Source of the DNA: a virus
Direction: 5' to 3' (one strand)
IMG/VR virus record: IMGVR_UViG_3300048672_000386
Coordinates: 2,316-66,315 of that record
DNA length: 64,000 nt
Each line of letters begins with the position of its first letter. Positions within the stretch are counted from its first letter, which is position 1. A program made the position numbers and the translations under genes. The notes beneath the pieces are model-generated. The model was not told the DNA's origin. It worked only from the letters and a program-made list of their open reading frames with translations, and made no database searches. Positions 48,989-58,564 of this stretch are shown piece by piece.

Positions 48989-50061
48989 AATCCTAACTCC
49001 TTTCTCTTATCTTCCAAACTTATAACAATATCATTATCCTTGTCATAAACCGCTTGAACCATCCCATACCGACTTTCAATATTACTCCAACTTGCATCAG
49101 TACAATGTTTATGAAAGTCACAAGGTCTGTACCCATACCTTTCAATGTTAATAGAAAGACAGTGTCCGAAAGACTTTCTAAATACATGAACATCACCAGT
49201 TCTTTGGTACTCTTTGTACTTCTCAAGCATTGTTCCAATAAGGTCAATAATACTTATTAAGAACTCTTCTTGGTGATAATCACTTATGCTAAAGTGTAGC
49301 TTTTCAACAAAAGGTTGTTTCTTTGGAATCTCTTTACCTTTAGCTCCTGCGGCTTTCTGAGTAGTTAAAACAAGTCTAACTTCCCCATGATTAACCTTTC
49401 TACCATAGTGCAACGCTGGATTAGCGTTAGTAACTACTGCATACAAAGGAAACTGTGTTCCAAGAGAATACTTTAGTGTTGTAGTTTCTATCTTCTCAGA
49501 AGTATCCCCCGCACTATAGCCACTTGTTTTATCATCGGTAATAACTAAAATGTCAGAAGGTTGTTCAATAACCAACATATCATATTTAGCACTAACGTAT
49601 AAAGGTAAGCCAGTTTCAGGATGCTTGAAAGGGAGTTCTAGTAACAAACGCTTCTCAATACTCATATCATAGTCAAGAAGTTGGAAAGGTACAGCGTTTC
49701 CTTCCTCCAATGGACACTCTTCAAAATACCGTTTAAGCATTTCAACTGCTTTAGTTGGATTCTTAACTGGTTCATCCATGTTTGCATCTTGGTATAGTTG
49801 CATGAAGGTAGTTTCAAGATAGTTTACACCTTCTTGTAAAGCTTCCTTCCCACTCTTTGCTTCTTTGTAGAAGGCTAGTACCACTGTTTCTTTTGCCTTT
49901 GCAAAGTGTATGCCAAAGTCAAGATGGTTATTGTAAGGTCTATCTGGCAAGTACCAATACATGATATATTTTAAGAAAGCCAAGTATTCACATCTTGACG
50001 CATTATCTATAAACTCAGTTGAACTGAAAACGTGTGGGAATAAAGTTAGTTTGCTTGCCAT
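48985..50061 (-). CDS. PD-(D/E)XK (Cas4/RecB-like) exonuclease
   Basis: FGIHF, E, KYD, DDKT, QF.LY, C...CDF...C. Confidence 0.82.
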   Translation of the reverse strand: MASKLTLFPHVFSSTEFIDNASRCEYLAFLKYIMYWYLPDRPYNNHLDFGIHFAKAKETVVLAFYKEAKSGKEALQEGVNYLETTFMQLYQDANMDEPVKNPTKAVEMLKRYFEECPLEEGNAVPFQLLDYDMSIEKRLLLELPFKHPETGLPLYVSAKYDMLVIEQPSDILVITDDKTSGYSAGDTSEKIETTTLKYSLGTQFPLYAVVTNANPALHYGRKVNHGEVRLVLTTQKAAGAKGKEIPKKQPFVEKLHFSISDYHQEEFLISIIDLIGTMLEKYKEYQRTGDVHVFRKSFGHCLSINIERYGYRPCDFHKHCTDASWSNIESRYGMVQAVYDKDNDIVISLEDKRKELGL

Positions 50062-50252
50062 AAAATTTCCTCTGTAGTTAATAGTATAGTTTCACCAGCA
50101 TTAAAGAACATTTGTAAATCGTTAGATACGGATATACAATCTACGAGCATAAACTCTCCAGCAAATTCACAACAGTGTAACATAGCTTCTGCAAGCTCAG
50201 GTCTTTCTTTTAGAATTTTACCTGTAAGTTCGTTGAGTTCTTGTAGTGTCAT
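50046..50252 (-). CDS. Hypothetical protein
   Basis: GGAGG RBS. Confidence 0.6.
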   Translation of the reverse strand: MTLQELNELTGKILKERPELAEAMLHCCEFAGEFMLVDCISVSNDLQMFFNAGETILLTTEEILWQAN

Positions 50253-50414
50253 GTTGTTATCCTCCGAAGTAGTATTGTACTAAATATGCCAAAGCTATAA
50301 GTCTAACCGCCCTATCAAACACAGGAAGCTCAAACGTAAAGTTTAGACCACTTTCATTAAGCCCTCTTAATTCCTTACCTGTATTCCAACAAACTAAAAA
50401 AATTGCAAAATAAA

Positions 50415-50930
50415 TCATTTTGTTACCTCTATTGTCATTGCTGTTAAAAACTCTTGTTCACTTTCAGTTAAGGGAACTATTGTTTCTAAATCTTCTATAG
50501 AGTATCTAGTTTCATTAAGTTCCTTAATCTTCTTCTTAATGTTGGTTTTAGTAAGTTTCATAAGTTCTTTGTTTCCATTGACCAAAGTAAACAACCAATA
50601 CTCTTTGTCTTTTCCAACAAGTTCTTCAATTACCAACCTATGCTTATCAGTCAACTCTTCTTCTTTCAAAGTAATACTTTCTTCAAGCAGTTCAATCTTC
50701 TGAGCTTTAGTTAAAGGTTTCTCTTTTAGTATCTTCTCAACAAATGGCTTAAACTTAACTTCTCGTTGATTTCTTTGGTAAACAAGCATACACCATGTGT
50801 CTTCGAGAGTCCTACTTTCTCCTTGTTCTAGTTTTTGTGCTAAGATAGCTTGACCTTTGGAAAGGATAGCTTGTTGTTCACTTTCTGTGTAGTCGGTAAA
50901 GGGTTTCTTTGGGGTTATTACTAAAGTCAT
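50415..50930 (-). CDS. Hypothetical protein
   Basis: ORF track. Confidence 0.7.
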   Translation of the reverse strand: MTLVITPKKPFTDYTESEQQAILSKGQAILAQKLEQGESRTLEDTWCMLVYQRNQREVKFKPFVEKILKEKPLTKAQKIELLEESITLKEEELTDKHRLVIEELVGKDKEYWLFTLVNGNKELMKLTKTNIKKKIKELNETRYSIEDLETIVPLTESEQEFLTAMTIEVTK

Positions 50931-50939
50931 CTTGTTGTC

Positions 50940-51197
50940 CTAAGGTCTTGGAAAACACGCATCTACAAATTCAGAAGCTTTATAACGTATATTCCGCATA
51001 GCATCTGTTTTATCTACTAAAAACTTCTCAACTTTTTGGCAAGCTTCTATAACTGCTGGGGCTATTTGAGTAGCTGTCAAAGTTACTTCGCTTAAGTTAA
51101 GTTCTCTACAATGAAAGATAAATTCACCTTTATGATAGGTATGTTCATCTGTTACATATAAGGTAAGACATTGTACTTTAAGTTCTTTTGTTGCCAT
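50940..51197 (-). CDS. Hypothetical protein
   Basis: GAGG RBS. Confidence 0.65.
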   Translation of the reverse strand: MATKELKVQCLTLYVTDEHTYHKGEFIFHCRELNLSEVTLTATQIAPAVIEACQKVEKFLVDKTDAMRNIRYKASEFVDACFPRP

Positions 51198-51201
51198 TTT
51201 G

Positions 51202-51420
51202 TTATACCTCTAGGTTAATTAATAACTTCATACCTATGTTTAGCGCATGAACTACTTTATAAGCTTCTTCCATAAGTAAAGGATTTATTTCAGTATCCTC
51301 TTCAAGTTCAATAACAATACGAAAATAAGCTACGTGCTTAACTCTTCCAACTTCCGTTATTACATCAACTGCAACACCTTCTTCTGTTATATCGTTTGGG
51401 TTTATTCTATACTTTGTCAT
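51202..51420 (-). CDS. Hypothetical protein
   Basis: GAGGA RBS. Confidence 0.65.
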   Translation of the reverse strand: MTKYRINPNDITEEGVAVDVITEVGRVKHVAYFRIVIELEEDTEINPLLMEEAYKVVHALNIGMKLLINLEV

Positions 51421-51444
51421 AGTTCTTTCCTCTGTTAAGTTAAA

Positions 51445-51855
51445 TTAATCTAGCAAGCTTTCTCTAACTTCCATAAGTAGCTTACCAAGCATATTATCTC
51501 CGATACCATTACATCTACCCCAAAAAGTATCTCCCCAAGTATTGTCTTCAACAATCTCTTCCTGCAAAGCAAGAAGTCTTTTCGCAAGAGGACTTCCTTT
51601 AGCAAACTTAAGCTCAAGGAGTTCTTTCATGATAGGAACTTTAACTTGTTCCCAATCTTTTCTTATGTTAGTGAACTTTCTTCCTAACTTCTTAGCTTGA
51701 AAGCCGTTTAAAGCTGTAAAACTTTTATCAAAAGGTATTATTTTGTTAGCTTGATAAGCACTTTCAGTACAGCTAAAGATTGCACCTTCCTTTGTAACAA
51801 TAGTACAAGGGTACATATTGCTAAGAAACTCATAACCTTGTTCTTTGAAAAACAT
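51445..51855 (-). CDS. NADAR (YbiA-like) protein
   Basis: FLSNMY, E.AYQA.K, AKKLGR, R.DW, KF, E....DTFWG...G.N.LGKLLMEVR. Confidence 0.92.
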   Translation of the reverse strand: MFFKEQGYEFLSNMYPCTIVTKEGAIFSCTESAYQANKIIPFDKSFTALNGFQAKKLGRKFTNIRKDWEQVKVPIMKELLELKFAKGSPLAKRLLALQEEIVEDNTWGDTFWGRCNGIGDNMLGKLLMEVRESLLD

Positions 51856-51895
51856 AATAACCTACTATATTAATCTAGCAAGATACCTAGAAGTC

Positions 51896-52663
51896 CTAGT
51901 GTCTTGCAAATTCGCCGTGTAGTTCTTCTCTTAACCCTGCTAGAAAAGCTCTAGCTTCTTCAAGTGTCTTAAAAGTATCTTGATAAAGTACACCTTCTTT
52001 CATTATCTGTGCATGAAACTTTCCATGAGCATTTAAAGTAACTCCTTTAATACCAGCATTGTTTCTTTTGCTTATGATATTACAACTGTTCTGACTTGCT
52101 GTAGCTTCTCGTAAATTACAAAATCTATTGTCTGATTTGTTATGATTAATATGGTCTATTTGATTAATTGGAAGTTCCCCAGTTTCATATAACCAAGCAA
52201 GCCTATGTGCATAATGTCTATTCTTTCCTACTGCTATAATAATATACCCTGCTTTAGTAACACCTCCCGCTATACTACCTCTTTTAGCTACTTTGGAAGT
52301 AGTCTTTAGTCTTGTAAATAATCCTGTTTCTTTATCATAAGAAAAGAACTCTTTTAGAAGTTCTTGAGTTGTCACTCCTTCTGGTACTTCTCTTACTACA
52401 TCTAAGTTAGTCCATCTATTATCTAGCTTGTTACCATTTATATGTTCTACCGAAGATGGATAATCTCCAGTCATATAAAGCCAAGCTAGTTTATGAGCTT
52501 GGTAGTGTGTATTGTTTAGTGTCATACTCCAAAAACCTGTAGAAGATACTCCACCAACTATGTCACCCACTATCACTCTTGCGTTTTTATGTGGTAAACG
52601 CCATAAAAATACCCCCGTTTCTGGATTGTAATCTAACATTTCTTTTAGGCTTTGTTGATTCAT
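51896..52663 (-). CDS. HNH homing endonuclease with duplicated HNH module and AP2-like tail
   Basis: Two Y..ETG.F...AH.LAW...HIN..K.DNR..NL repeats; own promoter. Confidence 0.88.
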   Translation of the reverse strand: MNQQSLKEMLDYNPETGVFLWRLPHKNARVIVGDIVGGVSSTGFWSMTLNNTHYQAHKLAWLYMTGDYPSSVEHINGNKLDNRWTNLDVVREVPEGVTTQELLKEFFSYDKETGLFTRLKTTSKVAKRGSIAGGVTKAGYIIIAVGKNRHYAHRLAWLYETGELPINQIDHINHNKSDNRFCNLREATASQNSCNIISKRNNAGIKGVTLNAHGKFHAQIMKEGVLYQDTFKTLEEARAFLAGLREELHGEFARH

Positions 52664-52691
52664 TACTTGTACTCTTTAAATACAAAATGAC

Positions 52692-52721
52692 ATTATAACA
52701 AAAAGAATTTGCACTTGTCAA
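52692..52721 (-). promoter_or_regulatory. Sigma70 promoter of HNH gene
   Basis: TTGACA-18-TATAAT with TG. Confidence 0.75.
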
Positions 52722-52729
52722 TGCTACAT

Positions 52730-54127
52730 TTACACTAACCTAAATAACTGACTTGAAGCACGGGAAAATGCCGTGTATTGAATCTTTAGTCTAAGGTGTT
52801 TATTCTTTATACTGTTTATGTTAGCTTCATCGGTAAAGACATCCTTTATAGTTGAACCTTGTGCATTGTTGCAAGTGCAGCTATACCCATGCTTTGTATC
52901 TCTTCTAGTATCTTCCTCTTTAAAAGGATTTATCCCAACATTAAAGATACTACAAAACAATCTACACTTTTCAAACATTTTCTTTCTTTCGGTATCTCCT
53001 TTAGTAAAGGTTGCTTGTTGCCTCATCTTGGTAAACTTCTCAATAGCTTCACTCCGTTCCAAAGGTATATAGATAAATCCATCTTGCAAACCTTTAACAA
53101 AGTGGTTACTGTGAACATTAAGTTCAACAACGGTAATACCTAATAAGGTTTTATAACATACTTTCTTAACAACTGCTTTTGTATTGGTTGTAAAGATAGT
53201 TCCTTTTTGTTTCATTAGCTCTTCAAAAGAATAGGTATCATCTTTAACAGGTTTATCAAAACACTTTGTTGGTTGTCGGAATATAAGTCTATCACTTACC
53301 AAAAAAGGGTCTTCACTTTCTTTACCAAAGAGTTCCTTTCTAACAAGTTGATTAAGCTCTGCAACTCTTGTATTTGTATATGCTAAAACTACTGCGTCAC
53401 CATTAAGAAAAGCAGCTTGACCTTCAAGTGTTTGAAGATACTTTTTAAGTGTGCTGAAAGGTGTCATATACTTATCAGGAACAAAGCCAGTCTTACCTTC
53501 TTCTTGTAAACTTCCAACCTTTGTACAGAACTCGTAATGTTCGTTTGAACTTCTTTTGTTCTCTGTTAAACGAAACCAAACAGGCACTTGGAAGCCATTG
53601 TTAATATACCATTGTTCTTGAAAGGCTACACTATCACAACGAGAGTTCCAACTTGTTTCATCTTCTGGACTTGGCAGTTGCTTTCTATCTCCGATAAGTA
53701 GAACATAGATACCATAGGACTTACAAAGTTCAAGTATCATCTTTAGTCTTGTACTTGAAAGCATAGAAGCTTCGTCAATTACTAACAAGGTTATACCTTC
53801 AAACTCTGGTTCTCTATGCTGTAACAAACCTTCCACACCTTCTTCATTAACACTATGTACAAGGTTAAAAGCTGAACATACTGTCTTAATATGTTCATAA
53901 CCTGTTCCTAGCTTTTCCATAAGTACAAAGACTGCTTCATTAGTCTCTGCTAAGATAAGTGCTTTACTTTTAAACTTGAAGTGTGGTTGTTTTTCTAAGG
54001 CGTGTTTAAGTACAAAAGTCTTTCCACTTCCACCGTCCGCTTCAAGTATTGCAATTGTATTACCTCCTGTAAACCATTGAGGGAAGGATAGTACGAAAAG
54101 GTTTTGACTAGGAGTTAGTTTTATCAA
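52730..54127 (-). CDS. Dda/RecD-like SF1B helicase
   Basis: GGSGKT, IDEASM, GDRKQLP, LAYTN, AQGST, YTAFSRA. Confidence 0.9.
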   Translation of the reverse strand: MIKLTPSQNLFVLSFPQWFTGGNTIAILEADGGSGKTFVLKHALEKQPHFKFKSKALILAETNEAVFVLMEKLGTGYEHIKTVCSAFNLVHSVNEEGVEGLLQHREPEFEGITLLVIDEASMLSSTRLKMILELCKSYGIYVLLIGDRKQLPSPEDETSWNSRCDSVAFQEQWYINNGFQVPVWFRLTENKRSSNEHYEFCTKVGSLQEEGKTGFVPDKYMTPFSTLKKYLQTLEGQAAFLNGDAVVLAYTNTRVAELNQLVRKELFGKESEDPFLVSDRLIFRQPTKCFDKPVKDDTYSFEELMKQKGTIFTTNTKAVVKKVCYKTLLGITVVELNVHSNHFVKGLQDGFIYIPLERSEAIEKFTKMRQQATFTKGDTERKKMFEKCRLFCSIFNVGINPFKEEDTRRDTKHGYSCTCNNAQGSTIKDVFTDEANINSIKNKHLRLKIQYTAFSRASSQLFRLV

Positions 54128-54293
54128 GAGCTAACTCCTTTTCTTTTTCTAATATAGCAAATAATCGTTTAAGAATCTTAGTATCTAAAGAGATAGTTGA
54201 ACCACATTGTAATCTGATAAAAGCATCTACCTCACAACAGTCTAAGCCAGCTACTTCATCATTTTTAATTATTAAAGATAAAGTTGTTTTCAT
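54108..54293 (-). CDS. Hypothetical protein
   Basis: ORF track, GAAGG RBS. Confidence 0.55.
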   Translation of the reverse strand: MKTTLSLIIKNDEVAGLDCCEVDAFIRLQCGSTISLDTKILKRLFAILEKEKELALDKTNS

Positions 54294-54539
54294 AGTTTAC
54301 CTTCTAAAAAGTGTTAAAAGAATCCTAGTTTTAACCAGACTAGGAACTGTTTTACTTAAGAACTTTGCTTAGCTTGCCCAGAAGGTTTCTTTCTTCTTGC
54401 AGCAAAGCTGTTACATTCTTCGCGTGGAACTAATACTCCGTATGTGTTCATCCAGAATTTCTTACCATGTAAAGGTGCTTGTTTCATGTTGTTACTCCAA
54501 AAAGTTATGTTAAAATTTACTATATTCTTTACAGCTTTA

Positions 54540-54945
54540 AAAGGTCTGTAACCTTAAAGGATTAACCTTTAAAGAACACTTAGCCAATAAATAGTAAGTT
54601 AGACTTACTTAGTACCTTTAAACTACGACATTGGTTGCTATCTAAGTGTTCTTTAAAAGTCTCTGTCTGTTCCAGAGCGTCAACACCCGCCTACTACTTC
54701 ATAAAGAAGTTAAGGTATGTATCGGAATGTAGCAAGGATTAGACTATGAAAAGATACTATCTTAGCCCCATGTCAGAACTTACGGTATCATAACTTATCG
54801 TAGTAGAACGTAAGTTTATCTGGCTCTTCCTTTCTAAGAAACTGCGATTACTAAATGTCCGCTATCATTAGAAAGTCAACACCAACTATAAAAGTTGTGT
54901 AATCTATTAAACAATTCCCTGACTACCTAGGGACAAATAATTGTC
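54540..54945 (-). ncRNA. Candidate structured non-coding RNA / leader
   Basis: No long ORF; at least five consecutive stems, including 16-bp TTTAAAGAACACTTAG/CTAAGTGTTCTTTAAA; strand inferred from neighbours. Confidence 0.5.
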
Positions 54946-55150
54946 TATTTGTGTATCTTGCATACCAGCAATTATACTTTGCCAAAGTCACACCAACCAG
55001 CGATGGTTGTTTAAAAGAAAGAAGTTTACTAGCATAGTATTTACTATTTTTTAGTGGCTTACGGTAACGCGCCCTTTCTAAGTAACTTCTTTCTTTTAAA
55101 CCCAACTTCTTTTGCATATAGGCAAGTTGGCAACCTACTTTCGTTCCTAC

Positions 55151-55369
55151 TTATATTGGAAACAAATCAATTTCAACTTTAAAAAGATTCTCTGAACCTT
55201 GTCCAGTTACTAAGTCTGTTACTACTGCTAGTAACTCAAAGTTTTCGCAAGATACTTTAAAAGTCTTTATGTTAAGAGCTTCTATGCTTTTGATGGTATT
55301 TTCAGCCTTAGTTTTAGTGATAGCTTCTTTACGAGAAGAAGCTTTAATGAAGTAGGATGTTACGCTCAT
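55151..55369 (-). CDS. Hypothetical protein
   Basis: AAGGG RBS. Confidence 0.6.
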   Translation of the reverse strand: MSVTSYFIKASSRKEAITKTKAENTIKSIEALNIKTFKVSCENFELLAVVTDLVTGQGSENLFKVEIDLFPI

Positions 55370-55932
55370 AAGTTTACCCTTTTTGTTAAGTTAAAAGAAG
55401 TTCCAACTTTTAAGGTAAGTTGGTAACCCTAAACTAATCTAGTGTTGCATCGATAACACACACCGTTACAACACTATGATACTCTTTATAAGTTTTAGCA
55501 ATGTACTTTTGTACATCTTCTAACGCCCAAGCTTTGATATAGAGGATTAATTCTTCCTCTAGGTTTGGATTATTATATTGTGTTAGTATAGCTTTATAAG
55601 TATTCATAATGTTACCTTCTATTTTTCTAAGTTAATAATCTTTCTTTATCAAACTACAATGATAAAGCCTTTATCTAATCCAGATAGGCTATTTTAACGC
55701 CTTTCCCGATTCGATGGCTTATTATACCGAACTGATTTTATTATACAAGCATTATTTTTGTTTATTTTACCGAATAACAAAAATAAATACAGGTTAATAA
55801 ATTATAGCCTAAAATCGCCGATAAACTCGTTTTTTGGCATACTATATGCTTATAATTTTACTCCTTATATATATAGGCAAATAAGGTTATAAAATTAAAT
55901 CTGTAAATAAATGATTTATTTTATTATAGCTA

Positions 55933-55961
55933 TTGAAAAACAGTCTACATGGTGATAAAAT
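55933..55961 (+). promoter_or_regulatory. Sigma70-like promoter of rightward operon
   Basis: TTGAAA-17-TAAAAT with TG. Confidence 0.7.
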
Positions 55962-56045
55962 GAACACGTTTTAAACGAAAGGCAAAATTATTAATTGAAC
56001 TAAGCAGATTTGCTTAGTTCTTAACTAAGTTTTAAAGGTAACACT

Positions 56046-57410
56046 ATGGCTAACTTACACACTAAAGTATTAGAAGCCTTACCAGCTAATTTATCAGTAG
56101 AAATAGCTAATACTTCAATAGATAAAGACAACTTGCTTGTATCTTACTATGATGTAGATAAAGCAAAGAGTATTCAAATTAAACTAGGACGTTTACTAAC
56201 TAAGCAAACTTCCTTAACAGAGTTAGAAATAAAGAATCTTGTTGAGTTCCAACGCCGTAACCTAAAAGGTGAAGTTCTTATGGAACTTACACAAGATGCG
56301 GAGGACATCGTTGACTATTATACTATCCATGTTGCTCCTGACGGTGGTAGCTATTCCTGTATGCACAACGAAGACTGTGTAAGAGTTTACTCTTATGATA
56401 GTAATTTGTTCTTAGCAACTTTTTATGATGGTGCTGATACTTCTTTAGATAACTATGTTGGACGTTGTTTAGTTCGTACTGATACTATGGAATTTATCCG
56501 TATCTACTCCACAGAACAAAAGTATCAAGATAATATCTTACTAACTTTGGAAAATTCAGGATATTCCAAAGGTAACTTAGTAGGAATTGAACTTGCTAAG
56601 GAAGAAACTAACGGTGGATATACCATGCCCTACTTAGATTGGAATGGTATGTATTTGGAAGATAAAGGAAGTTACTTTGAAGTTGTTTCTTATGAAACAA
56701 GTTTTAAAGCAGATAGTACAAACGGAGTTATGAAATATGGTTGTACTTGCGGATGTTGTGGGGAGCATATAAATGAAGACGATGCAAGATACACAGAACA
56801 AGAAGGTGATGTTTGTACAGATTGTTTTAACAATAACTATGTTTACTTTGGTGATGACATGGATGTATATAGTCTCTCGGATTGTACAAGAGTTACAGGA
56901 GGTGAGTATGATGGTAACTATGTACCAGACAATTTACTTTCTGAGAATGACTACTACGAACCAGTTGATAGTTTTGGGTACTATCATCTTGATGAACTCA
57001 CCAGCTACAATGGTGACTATTATCTTAAGGAGAACTGCGTTAAACTAGCAGAAGAAACAGATGAAGGTAAAAGATCTGCCCCAGAACAAGAATGTACTGA
57101 ACTTACAGACTCCGAAGCTTTCGGAGACTACAATGCGGGTTGGTATATTGATGAAAGATACAATGAAATCATAAAAGAAAGAGATACTAACTATGTTTTA
57201 ACTCCAGATGGTTGGGAATTGGAATCTGATTGTAAAGAGTTGGTTGAAAGTTATAATAGTTATAGCTGGGCGCATGAAGATGTTGCTTACTACTATGATA
57301 AACCAACTAATCATCTTGAAGGTTGGTACTATGAAACAAGATATAACGACCTTATGGAAGAGTTTGAAACACAAAGTAACTTATTTACTTCTTTTAACAT
57401 TGCTGCTTAA
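56046..57410 (+). CDS. Acidic, Cys/Tyr-rich protein (SCM / GR.L / R.Y / PYLD core plus CxxC repeats)
   Basis: YSCM, VGRCLV, IRIYS, MPYLD, CGCCG, CTDC. Confidence 0.8.
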   Translation: MANLHTKVLEALPANLSVEIANTSIDKDNLLVSYYDVDKAKSIQIKLGRLLTKQTSLTELEIKNLVEFQRRNLKGEVLMELTQDAEDIVDYYTIHVAPDGGSYSCMHNEDCVRVYSYDSNLFLATFYDGADTSLDNYVGRCLVRTDTMEFIRIYSTEQKYQDNILLTLENSGYSKGNLVGIELAKEETNGGYTMPYLDWNGMYLEDKGSYFEVVSYETSFKADSTNGVMKYGCTCGCCGEHINEDDARYTEQEGDVCTDCFNNNYVYFGDDMDVYSLSDCTRVTGGEYDGNYVPDNLLSENDYYEPVDSFGYYHLDELTSYNGDYYLKENCVKLAEETDEGKRSAPEQECTELTDSEAFGDYNAGWYIDERYNEIIKERDTNYVLTPDGWELESDCKELVESYNSYSWAHEDVAYYYDKPTNHLEGWYYETRYNDLMEEFETQSNLFTSFNIAA

Positions 57411-57421
57411 CAGGAACTATT

Positions 57422-58285
57422 ATGAACACAGATAAACTTTTCTACCTTTTACAAAAGGTACGTTTCCAAGGTACAGAGGAAAGTACCTTTCTTGAACTTG
57501 GCTTTACACCAGAGCAAGCTTACTATAATAATACCATAGCTAAGCAAGGTAAGTTCATGTTTGGTTATGTTTCAATCGGTGATAGCAAGACAATGTTCAC
57601 TTGCCATCTTGATACAGTTGAAACACACAGAATTGGTTTAACTAAGAAAGTCTTCTTAGACCCAATTACTAATCAAATCTTTGCAAATAACCAAGTTCTA
57701 GGGGCGGATGATGGTGCTGGTGTTGCATTACTTTGTCACATGATTAGCAAGCAAGTCGCAGGACATTACTTCTTCTTTGCAGGTGAGGAAGTTGGGGGGT
57801 TTGGAAGTGGCTATCTTGCGGATAACTTTGACACTTTGTTTCCAACTTTGAAACTAGACAGGGCGATTGCCTTTGATAGGAAAGGAACTTCTGATGTAGT
57901 AATCAGTCAGTTCTGCGGAGAGTGCTGTTCAGATAGTTTCGCAGATGCACTTTGTAAAGAACTTGGTACAGGGTATAAACCTGCTAATGGAAGTTTCACT
58001 GATACGGCTAACTTTATTGACTTTATTCCTGAATGTACTAATGTTAGTGTTGGATATTACAATGAACATAGTAAGAATGAGTATCTTGATTTGACATATC
58101 TTCAAAAGCTTGCAAAGAAAGTTTGTGAGATTGACTGGGAAAGATTACCAACAAGGAGGGTTTGTCCTACTTTCAAAGATTACAGAGGTATGTTTGAAGA
58201 CGATTTGATGGAAGAGACTTACTTTGGAAGTGCTGAACCAGAGTATCTTACTAGAGAAGAAGAATACTTAGAACAATTCTTTTAA
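57422..58285 (+). CDS. M28/M20-type zinc peptidase
   Basis: HLDTV, LGADD.AG, GEE.G..GS, FDR, FTD, EH...E. Confidence 0.85.
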   Translation: MNTDKLFYLLQKVRFQGTEESTFLELGFTPEQAYYNNTIAKQGKFMFGYVSIGDSKTMFTCHLDTVETHRIGLTKKVFLDPITNQIFANNQVLGADDGAGVALLCHMISKQVAGHYFFFAGEEVGGFGSGYLADNFDTLFPTLKLDRAIAFDRKGTSDVVISQFCGECCSDSFADALCKELGTGYKPANGSFTDTANFIDFIPECTNVSVGYYNEHSKNEYLDLTYLQKLAKKVCEIDWERLPTRRVCPTFKDYRGMFEDDLMEETYFGSAEPEYLTREEEYLEQFF

Positions 58286-58564
58286 CCTGTTAAGCCATTG
58301 GAAACAGTGGCTAACTTTCTTAGCTTGATAAGAGTTAAGTAAGTTAATTTTAACAAACAACAAAGAGGAAGGTACTTATGATACAGAACAAATCAACGCA
58401 GTTTATGACACATAAGATAGCTGGAAAGTTATCTGGAACAATCCAACCTTACACCGAGGAAAACATTAAACGTATTGTTGACTTTCACAAGTTGAGAGAT
58501 AGACACTATGGTCGTGTTGCTAACACTAAGATTGAAATAATCAAACTATAATAAAGGAAAACCA

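Noticed and set aside
48985-50061. Cas4 as part of a CRISPR system
   Set aside because: No other cas genes or array; the context (Sak4-like ATPase) indicates a recombination nuclease
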